64,000 nucleotides of DNA from an uncultured Candidatus Poseidoniales archaeon (lineage in GTDB: Archaea > Thermoplasmatota > Poseidoniia > Poseidoniales > Poseidoniaceae), in assembly GCA_902563095.1 (NCBI GenBank), contig CACEWA010000001.1:104614-168613 (forward strand), in the 5' to 3' direction. The translations under genes were made by a program, and so were the position numbers. The notes beneath the pieces are model-generated. The model was not told where the DNA came from, ran no database searches, and saw nothing but the letters and a program-made list of their open reading frames with translations. The number at the start of each line of letters is the position of its first letter. The stretch's first letter is position 1. This document shows positions 20,504-31,051 of the stretch, piece by piece.

Positions 20504-22390
20504 ATGGCTAAAAGTAGTGTAATTGGAATAGACCTGGGAACAACCAACTCTTGTGTTGCAACGATTGAGAATGGTGAAGCTGTAGTTATTGCGAACGCAG
20601 AAGGAGCAAGAACAACTCCTTCCGTAGTAGCATTCTCCAAAGATGGTGGAGAAAGAATGGTGGGAGTCACCGCTAAGCGTCAAGCAGTTACCAATCACGA
20701 GAGAACCATGATCTCTGTAAAGAGACAGATGGGTACTGATTGGAAAACCAAAGTGGACGACTCAGAATATACTCCTCAGGAGGTATCTGCATTCATTTTA
20801 CAGAAACTAAAAGCAGATGCTGAAGCATATCTAGGTACAACTGTAAAACAGGCTGTAATCACCTGTCCTGCATATTTCACAGATGCTCAGAGGAAGGCAA
20901 CCAAGGATGCCGGGCGTATCGCTGGACTTGAAGTTTTGAGAATCATCAACGAGCCAACTGCCGCTGCTCTAGCATACGGTGTTGACAAGGAAGAAGACCA
21001 AACCATCCTTGTTTACGACCTTGGAGGAGGTACTTTCGATGTATCGGTTCTCGAGATTTACGATGTAGATGGTCAACCTCAAATCGAAGTAAAGGCTACT
21101 GCTGGTAACAACAAACTTGGTGGAGATGACTTCGATGAGGTTCTAATCGATTACCTAGTTACAGAATACAAGAAATCCTCAGGTATTGACCTTGCAAAAG
21201 ATGTTCAAGCAATGAGCCGTCTCAAAGAGGCTGCTGAAAAGGCAAAAATCGAGTTATCCGGAACTGGCCAATCTCAGGTAAACCTACCATTCATCACTAT
21301 GAAGGATGGTCAACCAGAACACCTTGACATCACTGTTTCTCGTGCTAAATTCGAGGAACTTATCGCTCCACTTGTTGAGAAGACAATGAAGCCTACCAGG
21401 CAAGCGATGAAGGATGCTGGACTATCTAAGGGCGAAGTCGACAAAGTGATTCTAGTCGGCGGTTCTACTCGTGTTCCTGCAGTTCAAACCGCTATCGAGA
21501 AAGAAACCGGTAAGTCTCCATTCAAGGGAATCAACCCTGATGAAGCAGTGGCTATGGGTGCTGCATTACAAGCTGGAATTATCGCCGGAGACGAAGGTGT
21601 CTCTGACATTCTATTGCTGGATGTTACTCCACTAACCCTCGGAATCGAAACTCTGGGAGGAGTGACTACTACAATGATCGAGCGAAACACGACTATTCCA
21701 AGTCGTCGCTCTGAAGTATTCTCAACTGCAAGTGATAACCAGCCTGCTGTAGAAATCCACGTACTGCAAGGAGAAAGAGAGTTCGCTAAGGACAATGTAA
21801 GCCTTGGCCAATTCCACCTTATGGGAATCCCACCTGCACCTCGTGGTATGCCACAAATCGAAGTAACATTCGATATCGATGCTAACGGAATCGTAAACGT
21901 ATCTGCCAAGGATAAGGGAACTGGCAAGGAGCAATCTATCAAGATTGAATCTGATACCTCTCTATCCGAAGATGATATCCAGGCAAAGATTGCTGAGGCT
22001 GAAGAGTTTGCTGAGGCTGATAAGCGCCTGAAGGCACAAGTCGAAATGAGAAACATGGCTGACCAAATCGTCTACCAAACTCGAAGAACTATCGACGAGG
22101 CTGGCGAGAAACTCAGTGACGAAGACAAGGAGCCAGTTCTTTCCAAGGTTGACGAACTTGAAGCATTACTACAAAACGAAGAAGGCGTTGCTAAGGAACT
22201 TGATGAAATCGATGAGGCTGCCGTACAAGCCAAGGTCAAGGAAATCGAGGAAGGAATGCACGCAATCTCCGCTAAGTTGTATGAGGCTGCTGCTGCTGAA
22301 ATGGCCGAGCAAGAAGAAGCTAGCGCTGATGCATCTGATGATGGCGTCGTGGATGCTGACTTCGAAGTAGTCGATGAAGACGAAGACTGA
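20504..22390 (+). CDS. dnaK: Chaperone DnaK (Hsp70)
   Basis: [53 protein letters not shown], and a C-terminal VDADFEVVD. Confidence 0.98.
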   Translation: MAKSSVIGIDLGTTNSCVATIENGEAVVIANAEGARTTPSVVAFSKDGGERMVGVTAKRQAVTNHERTMISVKRQMGTDWKTKVDDSEYTPQEVSAFILQKLKADAEAYLGTTVKQAVITCPAYFTDAQRKATKDAGRIAGLEVLRIINEPTAAALAYGVDKEEDQTILVYDLGGGTFDVSVLEIYDVDGQPQIEVKATAGNNKLGGDDFDEVLIDYLVTEYKKSSGIDLAKDVQAMSRLKEAAEKAKIELSGTGQSQVNLPFITMKDGQPEHLDITVSRAKFEELIAPLVEKTMKPTRQAMKDAGLSKGEVDKVILVGGSTRVPAVQTAIEKETGKSPFKGINPDEAVAMGAALQAGIIAGDEGVSDILLLDVTPLTLGIETLGGVTTTMIERNTTIPSRRSEVFSTASDNQPAVEIHVLQGEREFAKDNVSLGQFHLMGIPPAPRGMPQIEVTFDIDANGIVNVSAKDKGTGKEQSIKIESDTSLSEDDIQAKIAEAEEFAEADKRLKAQVEMRNMADQIVYQTRRTIDEAGEKLSDEDKEPVLSKVDELEALLQNEEGVAKELDEIDEAAVQAKVKEIEEGMHAISAKLYEAAAAEMAEQEEASADASDDGVVDADFEVVDEDED

Positions 22391-24106
22391 TCACCAGATA
22401 AACGGTATTGCGCTGAAAATCAACATTACTGTTGGCACTACTAGTGCTTCTGTAGTAGAGCGCAAGCCAGCGATTAGTGACAACTCGGTTCCTCTGTGAA
22501 GATGCACTTGCATTCCAATGTCTTTGTTGCCGCGAACAACGAGTAATGAGTTAGGAATTGTAGTATCAATTCCTTCTTCTCGCTCATCGTGAGTCCTAGT
22601 CTCTACTCTGCCAAGACAGTATACTGGGTCACCGGCAGCTAATACCCAAACAGTCCATCTCCAACGACTTCTCTCCCAGCAATATAGTTCGTCTCCCAAC
22701 TCGACCTTATCCCAAGAATTAGGGTCTACTAGTATTCCTCCAGTTCCATCGTGTAGAATGAATTCAGTTCCCCCTGAATCGGTTCTTCTCGTTTCCCAAC
22801 TGCATGATTCATCTCCATCAGAATCCTTTGTACAAACATATTCTTCTTCTTTCCATCTATACTTGACTACACCCTCTACTTTCCTTGAATCGCTACCGCC
22901 GACATCCACTGACAGAGTACCTTGAGGTCCTGGTCTAACTTGGCCAACCAATTCGGCAGGCCCTACTGCAACACTTCTGACTCTGCTGGAAGGAGTGTCG
23001 ATTATATTGTGCATTAATTTCCATTTTCGGAATGCAAAAATCGACCACAATAGCGAAAATAGCACAATACCAACACGTAAGCATAAACCGATTGCCTGTC
23101 GTGTATCATCGCTGTGTCTTGCAGTTAAATCTGCAGCTAGCCATAATGCTGCAGTGATGAAGATTATGCCATTTATTGAGTACAAGGTGAAAGTTGCAGG
23201 GGTTGGGGTCCCGATAACGTCTGGATGTTCTTCGATTAGTGAATTTTCATCGTTTGGCGCATATGGATTATCAGGCCACGTTTCGTATTCGGGAGGAGGT
23301 AAAACCCAATCGTACTCGTCTACTTCTCTAATCGGCCCTTTTGCATCCTTCATTTCATCCGGAGTGCCATGCACGAAAGGTTTGTTTTCCCATCTTGTTT
23401 TCAAATTCTTGATATCATCTGAAAGTGAGGTAGGGGTTGTTACCATCATCAAGGCAGCTGCAACTCCAACAATTGCCAAGGCGACTCTTTGGGCATCTTC
23501 CCTCTCTGTTCTTTCGCCTGGCTCATTACCTTCAGCACCAACCGAGAGCATAGAATAATTACCATCGATACCTATCATAAATATCTCAATTTTATCACCT
23601 TCTTCAATGAACCAGTCACTATAGCCAGGGCATGATCTGCTATCTGTCGACACTTCAGTGCTAACTTCATCTGACCAACCAATTTCGAATGAATCACCTC
23701 CAGAAGTTGGCTTTACTGTCAAAATTACGTGATCATAAACATCAACATGATCTGAACAATTTTCACCGTCTGAATCAAGTGTCCAATATCCATGAACCAA
23801 TGTTCCTTCTTGGATCACCACATCGATTACAGCAAATGTAGCCTCATCGCCTGAATTCTGCCAACCAGCGCCTAAAGTCACTGTATCTTCATCATCGATA
23901 TCATCCAAAGAATCGACGTACTGACTATCTGCTATAGGAGGTACATCCGGGATATCAAAGCTTACTAGAAGAAATGCGCCTGCTCCAAGAAACAGTATTG
24001 CTGCAATGACCCATGGGACTATTCCCTTCCATGTGTGCGGGAAAGTGAATTGAAAAAGCCCGTGCTGCAGAGAGGTGTGGTCGATGGTTTGCTTACCCTC
24101 CACCAT
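22391..24106 (-). CDS. Membrane protein with a C-terminal GIDE-like domain
   Basis: TM helices, then IIDTPSSRVRSVAVGPAELVGQV ... FILHDGTGGILVDP ... LAAGDPVYCLG, the prokaryotic GIDE pattern. Confidence 0.7.
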   Translation of the reverse strand: MVEGKQTIDHTSLQHGLFQFTFPHTWKGIVPWVIAAILFLGAGAFLLVSFDIPDVPPIADSQYVDSLDDIDDEDTVTLGAGWQNSGDEATFAVIDVVIQEGTLVHGYWTLDSDGENCSDHVDVYDHVILTVKPTSGGDSFEIGWSDEVSTEVSTDSRSCPGYSDWFIEEGDKIEIFMIGIDGNYSMLSVGAEGNEPGERTEREDAQRVALAIVGVAAALMMVTTPTSLSDDIKNLKTRWENKPFVHGTPDEMKDAKGPIREVDEYDWVLPPPEYETWPDNPYAPNDENSLIEEHPDVIGTPTPATFTLYSINGIIFITAALWLAADLTARHSDDTRQAIGLCLRVGIVLFSLLWSIFAFRKWKLMHNIIDTPSSRVRSVAVGPAELVGQVRPGPQGTLSVDVGGSDSRKVEGVVKYRWKEEEYVCTKDSDGDESCSWETRRTDSGGTEFILHDGTGGILVDPNSWDKVELGDELYCWERSRWRWTVWVLAAGDPVYCLGRVETRTHDEREEGIDTTIPNSLLVVRGNKDIGMQVHLHRGTELSLIAGLRSTTEALVVPTVMLIFSAIPFIW

Positions 24107-24210
24107 GATGGGGCCAAACTTATTCGCATTAAGATAAAATCGCCTGCAAGAGTGAAAAATTACACCATTACAGCATAATGTTGAATATACGCCTGCATCG
24201 CCTTTTAGAC

Positions 24211-25683
24211 ATGGCAGATGTAATGGCTATTCTAGAGCAGATGCGCGCATCAAGTGGTCATGCTGAAACTATCGGATTGACTAACAATGTAATCCTAGAT
24301 TTTGCTTCAAGAGACAGCACTCTAGTCCAAGCGATTGAGGAAGCCGGTATTCGACAAAGGGAATTCTCCAGTGAATTGCTGATGATGGCTGAAAAGGATC
24401 TAGTCTCTCATTTACAGGAAGATTTTGTGAATTTCTATGCTCCAGCAACAATCAATCCATATGTCGCAGTTGCAGCAAAAGGGCCTTGGATTGTGACTTC
24501 GCACGGCGCAGTAGTCCACGACAATGGAGGATATGGCATGCTAGGTGGTGGACATGGCCCAGAGGAAATCATTGATGCAATGAGCAAAAACCACGTCATG
24601 GCCAATGTAATGACTCCTTCAATCTCTCAGGCTAGACTTGCTACTGCTCTAAAAAAGGAATTAGGGCACACAAGAGGAAGTTGTCCATTCTCGAAGTTCA
24701 TCTGCATGAACTCGGGTTCAGAATCGATGACTGTTGCAATGAGAATATGTGACGTGAACTCGAAAATAATGACTGGGCCTGGCGGCAAGCATGAAGGTAA
24801 ACCTGTCAAACTGTTAGCTATTGAGAGAGCATTCCACGGAAGAACCGACAGACCTGCACAAATTTCTCATTCATGTAAAGGAAAATACGACAAAGTTCTG
24901 AAAACATTTTCTGAAAGAGACAATCTTATCCTAGTTCCTTCTAACAATGTCGAAGCCCTACAGGCAGCTTTTGCAAAGGCAGATGAAGAAGGATACTTCA
25001 TCGAGTCCATGTCCATTGAGCCTGTACAAGGGGAAGGAAATCCCGGCCAATGTATTGACAGACATTTCTACGATGAAGCGAGGAGGCTAACAAATGAACA
25101 TGGTTCTATGCTTATTGTAGATTCAATCCAGGCAGGAATCAGAGGACAAGGAACTCTATCAGTTGTGGACTACGAGGGATTCCAAGATGCTGAAGGGCCT
25201 GATCTAGAAACTTGGTCCAAAGCATTGAACGCAGGGCAGTATCCACTATCGGTCTTAGGACTAAACGACAGGGCTGCTGAGTTGTATGTTGTGGGAATAT
25301 ATGGTAACACCATGACAACAAATCCGAGAGCGTTGGAGACTGCTGTCGCTGTGCTTGAAAGAATAACTCCTGAGTTGAGGCAGAACATTCGTGACCGAGG
25401 GCGTGAGTTTGTTGACAAGCTGAAAGTTTTGGCAGAAGAATTACCGGGCACTATCACCCAAGTTCAGGGCACTGGATTACTATTATCTGCAGAACTAGAC
25501 CCTGAAAAGATGAAAGTTGTTGGATTCGATGATGTCGAAGTTTGGTGCAGAAAGAAAGGCCTTGGAGTCATTCATGGAGGAATAAACGCCCTAAGGTATA
25601 CACCTCACTTCAATATTACAAGCGAAGAAGTCGACCTAGTAATCGACATCACTCGCGATGCAATCAAGCACTTTAGCCAATGA
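24211..25683 (+). CDS. Class III PLP-dependent aminotransferase
   Basis: MNSGSES, AFHGRT, IEPVQGEG, VDSIQAG (DEVQTG variant), and the WSKAL PLP lysine. Confidence 0.88.
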   Translation: MADVMAILEQMRASSGHAETIGLTNNVILDFASRDSTLVQAIEEAGIRQREFSSELLMMAEKDLVSHLQEDFVNFYAPATINPYVAVAAKGPWIVTSHGAVVHDNGGYGMLGGGHGPEEIIDAMSKNHVMANVMTPSISQARLATALKKELGHTRGSCPFSKFICMNSGSESMTVAMRICDVNSKIMTGPGGKHEGKPVKLLAIERAFHGRTDRPAQISHSCKGKYDKVLKTFSERDNLILVPSNNVEALQAAFAKADEEGYFIESMSIEPVQGEGNPGQCIDRHFYDEARRLTNEHGSMLIVDSIQAGIRGQGTLSVVDYEGFQDAEGPDLETWSKALNAGQYPLSVLGLNDRAAELYVVGIYGNTMTTNPRALETAVAVLERITPELRQNIRDRGREFVDKLKVLAEELPGTITQVQGTGLLLSAELDPEKMKVVGFDDVEVWCRKKGLGVIHGGINALRYTPHFNITSEEVDLVIDITRDAIKHFSQ

Positions 25684-27180
25684 TTACTGACCAGTAATCA
25701 AGTGGTGAAGAGTCCTTACATGGATTCCAGTAGCACCAGTCTTGACCAACTTGTTTGTCTTAGCACCCCATGCTGTTCCAGCGATATCTAGGTGTGCCCA
25801 AGGAATTTGCTCATCGGTTCCATCCTTGTTTGGAATAAATTGCTTCAAGAAAGCCGCAGCGGTGTTTGAACCACCCCAGCGGCCAGCACCGAGGTTGCGA
25901 ACATCTGCAATCTTGGAGTCAGTCATTTCCTTTTCGAATGCCTTGAACAGTGGCATAGGCCATGCGATTTCTCCACAGTGTTCTCCTGCTTCCTTGATCT
26001 TGTTTCTCAAATCATCGTCATTGGACCATAGGCCGCTTGCTTCGTGACCAAGTGCAACGACACAAGCTCCGGTTAGAGTTGCCAAATCGATAATGTAAGA
26101 CGGGTTCAGATGAGTTCCTGTGTACCACAATCCATCGGACAAAACCAATCTTCCTTCTGCGTCTGTGTTCAGAACTTCAACGGTCTTACCAGAGTATGTC
26201 TTGATTACGTCACCTGGGCGTTGAGCGTTAGAAGACGGCATATTTTCTGCCATACATGTAACGCCGATTACTCTGTCCTTGTGCCCGCTAGCAACGATTG
26301 CTTGCATTACACCAAAAGTGGTTGCAGAACCATGCATGTCGTACTTCATCTCATCCATTGAGGGCGGTGGCTTCAACGAAATTCCTCCAGTATCGAATGT
26401 GATTCCTTTTCCAACAATACATGGACTTGGCCCAGGCATATCTGGATTGATTTCGAATATTACCATACATGGTTTCCTTGCCGAGCCCATACCTACTCCA
26501 ACAAGCCCACCCATTCCCATGGAAATGGCTTGTTCGTAAGTGATGATTGTGACCTTTACATTGTCGTGCTTTGCACCAAATTCGATTGCTTGCTCTGCGA
26601 ATGCCATAGGGTATAGGTCGTTAGGTGGTGCATTACCTAGGTCTCTAGCTAGGTAAACTCCAGATGCAACCGCTTGAGACAGTTTTGCTGATTTTTGAAG
26701 ATCTTCAATCTTCTCTGCTTCACATGTAACATGCGCATGTACTTCACCATCATCAGAGTCATCATCTTCATCCTTTGACTTGTACTTGTCATAGGAATAA
26801 TCTCTCAAAATCATGCCTTCGACGAATGCTCCCATGTCTGCACTCTCCATACCGGAGAACTTGACGGTGATAGTTTTGCCATGAATCTTAGAAAGGCTTG
26901 CTGTAACCTTTGCTCCTGATTCTCTCATCGATTGAAGATTAGCATCTTCTGCCTTTCCTAGACCGATTAGCATTGCTTTGCCGCCGTCGGTTCCAGCCAG
27001 TGTCATTGCTGAACCAGCCTTAGCTTTGAAATCGCCTTCACTCAAGATTGTCTCTATTTGATTTTTCAGACTTCTATGGACTCCTGATTCGCTTCCTGAA
27101 GCCATTGAATTACTGTCTTGCCATATTGGAAGAACAAGCGTTCCGTTTATGTTGTCATTGGTGTTTACTGATACCTGCAT
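25684..27180 (-). CDS. pepA: Leucyl aminopeptidase (M17)
   Basis: VGKGITFDTGG, MKYDM, NTDAEGRL, DLATLTGA and WAHLDIAG motifs. AGGTGA SD. Confidence 0.95.
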   Translation of the reverse strand: MQVSVNTNDNINGTLVLPIWQDSNSMASGSESGVHRSLKNQIETILSEGDFKAKAGSAMTLAGTDGGKAMLIGLGKAEDANLQSMRESGAKVTASLSKIHGKTITVKFSGMESADMGAFVEGMILRDYSYDKYKSKDEDDDSDDGEVHAHVTCEAEKIEDLQKSAKLSQAVASGVYLARDLGNAPPNDLYPMAFAEQAIEFGAKHDNVKVTIITYEQAISMGMGGLVGVGMGSARKPCMVIFEINPDMPGPSPCIVGKGITFDTGGISLKPPPSMDEMKYDMHGSATTFGVMQAIVASGHKDRVIGVTCMAENMPSSNAQRPGDVIKTYSGKTVEVLNTDAEGRLVLSDGLWYTGTHLNPSYIIDLATLTGACVVALGHEASGLWSNDDDLRNKIKEAGEHCGEIAWPMPLFKAFEKEMTDSKIADVRNLGAGRWGGSNTAAAFLKQFIPNKDGTDEQIPWAHLDIAGTAWGAKTNKLVKTGATGIHVRTLHHLITGQ

Positions 27181-27236
27181 GGGCTCACCTAATCGTTCCA
27201 GAAGTAAGTGGCACTTGAAGATGCGCATCAAACGGT

Positions 27237-28664
27237 TCATTCAATGAGTTCCGCTTCAAGAGGTTCTTCTTCATCCAAATCAAACGGCTTCTCTTCTCTA
27301 GACCACCAAAATGCAAATGCTACTACGAACAATGGAACAGCACCCGCTTGTAAAATCCAAACCAATGTTTCAACAGATTGAGTAAGGAAACTAGACGTAG
27401 ACGGATTAATGTCGACACTTTCGTTTACCCATTGTGATGAATGAACAACCCGCTTTTGATAGGACAGGCGCCACTCGCCGCCTTCGTGATCAAATCCACT
27501 ACTTGTGATCGTTTTTGTGCTAGTTGCATTTGCTGTGAAATTATCTGATTCCCACAGAACTTTATCTCCATTAACATACTGTAGTGTAGCGTTTTGAGTA
27601 CTTGCACGACCCATGTTGTTAACTGTGAAGGTTACTACTTCATCATCGATACTAAACGATTCTACAACAAGACGTGCTCTCCAATACCAGATGTTGTCGA
27701 TTAGATATCGCATTACATCTAACTCTTCATCTAGTCTATCATTGACATCTTCAAATGTCCCAGGCGCAAACTGTTCATCATCAGTCTCAAATGTGAAAGT
27801 AGGGAAGCCCATTACACCATAGCCGTAATCTCTACTAGTCCCACAATTAGGGTAAAGGCCTTGATTCGCATTTTGGATAGGTATATCCGAAATTCCATCG
27901 TTTACTTCTTCCCTGATTCCGTGGAATAATTCCCAATCTGGAGGTTGTTGTGGCCATTTACCCCAAGGGTATAGCATAATCCAAACCCCAGTGTGCATGG
28001 TTACATACAGGTCTGCATCCTGAACTACTGAATTCATGTAATTCGCATTTGCACGTGTTTCTGGTTCACTAAATGCACTCCCCCCAGGTGCAAATGGGTC
28101 GCTTGGCGAGCAATCATCCCAGAAATGGTCGTAGTTTCTGTTTAGATCAATTCCTGTAGGAACGGGTTCACTTACGAATGGATTTGCTGCTGTGGTTACA
28201 TTCAGATTATGTCTTGTATCGGCATCATTCCCATCCGGATTAAGCATTATCATGATGTGTAATTCTGTACTTTGAAGAACGTTGATTGCTTCTTCATTTT
28301 GCGCATTCCATTCATTGATGTACCACTTTGCAGTTAACCAAGCTAATGCTGTTCCCAAGTACTCATTGCCATGATGTCCACCGTCGATGTAAATGATTTC
28401 TTTAACACTACCATCACTCTTAGTTTCCATAGACCAATCTGATAAGACGACCATCCACAATTCCTTTCCTAAGTAAGATTGACCAATGCTTGACAGCATA
28501 ACTATGTCGGGATTATCAATCGACCAATCATTGACTTCCTGGGTCAATGCTGCCCAAGACATGTATAGGTGGTTGTCTACTGGTTCACCTGGCCAATTTG
28601 GTTCTGCTGTAACTAGCGTCGGAGCCACAATAATCACTGCAAGGAAAATTGCAAGCCCGCGCAT
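27237..28664 (-). CDS. Secreted, membrane-anchored M14 zinc carboxypeptidase
   Basis: Signal peptide, HGNE (HxxE), NPDG, DLNRN, SEPET, TMH, YPWG, C-terminal TM helix. Confidence 0.9.
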   Translation of the reverse strand: MRGLAIFLAVIIVAPTLVTAEPNWPGEPVDNHLYMSWAALTQEVNDWSIDNPDIVMLSSIGQSYLGKELWMVVLSDWSMETKSDGSVKEIIYIDGGHHGNEYLGTALAWLTAKWYINEWNAQNEEAINVLQSTELHIMIMLNPDGNDADTRHNLNVTTAANPFVSEPVPTGIDLNRNYDHFWDDCSPSDPFAPGGSAFSEPETRANANYMNSVVQDADLYVTMHTGVWIMLYPWGKWPQQPPDWELFHGIREEVNDGISDIPIQNANQGLYPNCGTSRDYGYGVMGFPTFTFETDDEQFAPGTFEDVNDRLDEELDVMRYLIDNIWYWRARLVVESFSIDDEVVTFTVNNMGRASTQNATLQYVNGDKVLWESDNFTANATSTKTITSSGFDHEGGEWRLSYQKRVVHSSQWVNESVDINPSTSSFLTQSVETLVWILQAGAVPLFVVAFAFWWSREEKPFDLDEEEPLEAELIE

Positions 28665-28719
28665 GTCCGGCCCAAGTATCAGCATATCATCAATCTGACT
28701 ATTTGTTGTATTAGTCAAA

Positions 28720-30015
28720 TTAGTTTAGAATATATGAGAACAAGATTGGAGCTACGATTGTAGCATCTGATTCTATGATGTGCATTGGTGTGCCCGGTGC
28801 CAATTTACCCCAGGTTATTTTCTCACTAGGTGGCGCCCCAGAATAGCCGCCATAGGATGTTGTAGATTCGGAGATTTGAGCGAACCAACCCCACAGTGGT
28901 GCATTTTCTTGCATATCTTGTCGTAGCATCGGTACAACACATATTGGGAAGTCACCAGCGATGCCTCCACCAATTTGTAAGAAGCCAATCGGATGTTCCG
29001 CATTCATGTACCAATCAGCCAAATGCATCATGTAATCTACTCCTGTCTTTACTGCAGATTTGTCTACATCACCTTTGATACAATGTGCTGCAAAGATATT
29101 GCCAAGGGTGGAATCCTCCCAACCAGGTACGTAAACAGGGATGCCTGCATTCTTTGCTGCAATTAACCATGAGTCCGTTCTTGGAATCTCTGCTTCCAAG
29201 TCATCCAGTATAGCCATCAAATGTTCATGAGGGAAAGCAGGACCATTCTGCCATTGAGCGAGTATCTTGTCTTCTATGTGACGGATTGCTTGTTCCTCGG
29301 GGATACAAGTATCAGTCACTCGATTAAACCCTTTAGAATGCAATTCTTCTTCATCTTCTTCACTAAGATTACGCCAGTTTGGAATCCTTCGATAATGTGA
29401 ATGAGCGACTAAATTGAATACGTCTTCTTCCAAATTTGCTCCTGTGCAAGTTATGGCATGAATTTTTCCAGACCGAATCATAGGTGCAAGAGAGCGCCCA
29501 ATTTCTGCAGTACTCATAGCACCGGCCAAAGTTACCATCAACCTGCCCCCTTCATTCAAAAATTTGTCAAGAGATTTAGCACAATCACTTAGCGCTCCTG
29601 CGTTGAAATGATGGAAATGGCGTTCAACAAACCCTCTTACTCCACCGTTTACCGGTTCTGTTAGGAATCTCTCAACGCGCTTACGTCGATTGATTTTCAT
29701 ATTTGGATAACTTGATTTCAACTCAGTTTCTATTACTTCGATTATTCTAGCTGGGTCGGTTCCCCCACAAGAGAACGCATCTACTGCTAGTAAGCCTGTT
29801 TCTGAATAACAATGCGCGCTAACATGGCTTTCATCCAATAGTACCACCGAAGCAAAACCAAGTGGAGATACGCTTCCATCAAAATCTTCGTTGTGTGAGT
29901 GGACACGGCGCGCTCCAGAAGCATCGACCGCCTTCTCCATCAATGATAGCATCCAAGTTCCACTAACTCCAACCGCACCAGTGCAATCGAGCATTATGTG
30001 AGATCCATGTGCCAT
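28720..30015 (-). CDS. Fusion: pyruvoyl-dependent AdoMet decarboxylase-fold (SpeD-like) domain plus deoxyhypusine/homospermidine synthase-like domain
   Basis: aa 1 to about 118 carry GSHIMLD...LLDESHVSAHCYSE..LAVDAFSCG. The remainder carries HFNA, TLAGAMSTAE, CTGANLEED, NRVTDTCIPEE, IGGGIAGDFPICVVP and SGAPPSEKITWGK. Confidence 0.88.
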   Translation of the reverse strand: MAHGSHIMLDCTGAVGVSGTWMLSLMEKAVDASGARRVHSHNEDFDGSVSPLGFASVVLLDESHVSAHCYSETGLLAVDAFSCGGTDPARIIEVIETELKSSYPNMKINRRKRVERFLTEPVNGGVRGFVERHFHHFNAGALSDCAKSLDKFLNEGGRLMVTLAGAMSTAEIGRSLAPMIRSGKIHAITCTGANLEEDVFNLVAHSHYRRIPNWRNLSEEDEEELHSKGFNRVTDTCIPEEQAIRHIEDKILAQWQNGPAFPHEHLMAILDDLEAEIPRTDSWLIAAKNAGIPVYVPGWEDSTLGNIFAAHCIKGDVDKSAVKTGVDYMMHLADWYMNAEHPIGFLQIGGGIAGDFPICVVPMLRQDMQENAPLWGWFAQISESTTSYGGYSGAPPSEKITWGKLAPGTPMHIIESDATIVAPILFSYILN

Positions 30016-30019
30016 ATTC

Positions 30020-30910
30020 TCACCTCAACCTAGCGATTTGGGCTGCCGCTACTTTGGTTGCAATCATCGCTGCTGTAAACTGTGTAAGTGGGGTGTCATC
30101 CTGAGGAACAATTTCATTCACATCAGCACTAATGACATCACAATTAGAAAATACTGTTTCAATCGTTTGAACTACATGCCAGAAAGATAACCCTCCAGGT
30201 ACAGGCGTTCCAGTTGCTGGCACCAATGAACCATCTAGCCCATCGATGTCGATAGTAAGATGCACTGGACCATCAATATGAGTAAGTGAATCTAACCAAT
30301 CTGTCCAAGCCTTTGCTCCAGTACTAGGACTCATTACATCTTTAGCAAACCAAGTATGAATTCTGTCATCACTATCTATCAAATCCATTTCTTGGCGACA
30401 GAACGCTCTGATTCCTACTTGATGGACTGCTAATGCACCCTCGTCAAGCGAACGAGCAATTGCACAAGCATGCGAGTATGGCTCCCCATCTAATTCATCA
30501 CGTAGGTCTGCATGTGCATCGATTTGAATCAGTGTCACCTTTTTTGGACATCCTCTAAGTATACCAGGGAGGATTCCATGTTCGCCTCCCAAAAAAATCG
30601 GAAATGCACCACTGGAGTATTGTTCTGCAGCATATTTTCCTATTCCATCGAGTTGTTCCTGAAGAGAATTACCCTCTCCATTCCAGGGTTCTTTGGTTCG
30701 AATTATCTTGCCAGCAGGCAGTTCTTCACCAAGTAAATCATCGTACAACTCTACCTGTCCCGATGCCTCAATACATGCAGCAGGACCGTCAGCAGTACCT
30801 TGGCCATATGATGTGGTGAGTTCATATGGGACGGGCGCTATTACTACATCAGCAGCGCCCTCAAAATCAGGTAAACCGAGAAAATTACCCTCGGCGAACT
30901 GCTCAACCAT
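30020..30910 (-). CDS. speB: Agmatinase (ureohydrolase family)
   Basis: PYELTTSYGQGT..GP, GGEH, DAHADLR, DIDGLD and TGTPVPGG motifs. Confidence 0.9.
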   Translation of the reverse strand: MVEQFAEGNFLGLPDFEGAADVVIAPVPYELTTSYGQGTADGPAACIEASGQVELYDDLLGEELPAGKIIRTKEPWNGEGNSLQEQLDGIGKYAAEQYSSGAFPIFLGGEHGILPGILRGCPKKVTLIQIDAHADLRDELDGEPYSHACAIARSLDEGALAVHQVGIRAFCRQEMDLIDSDDRIHTWFAKDVMSPSTGAKAWTDWLDSLTHIDGPVHLTIDIDGLDGSLVPATGTPVPGGLSFWHVVQTIETVFSNCDVISADVNEIVPQDDTPLTQFTAAMIATKVAAAQIARLR

Positions 30911-31051
30911 GGAACTTCCGGGGTAGATTTCCCCTTTGAAGTGCTCGATTGGGCGAAATTCATCGCTGGGTTAATTAGGGACTTCGACCTATACATATTA
31001 CTGCGCAGCGGAGAAGAGTCGCGGGCTATATCTCCAGCGCGAGGTGATTAC

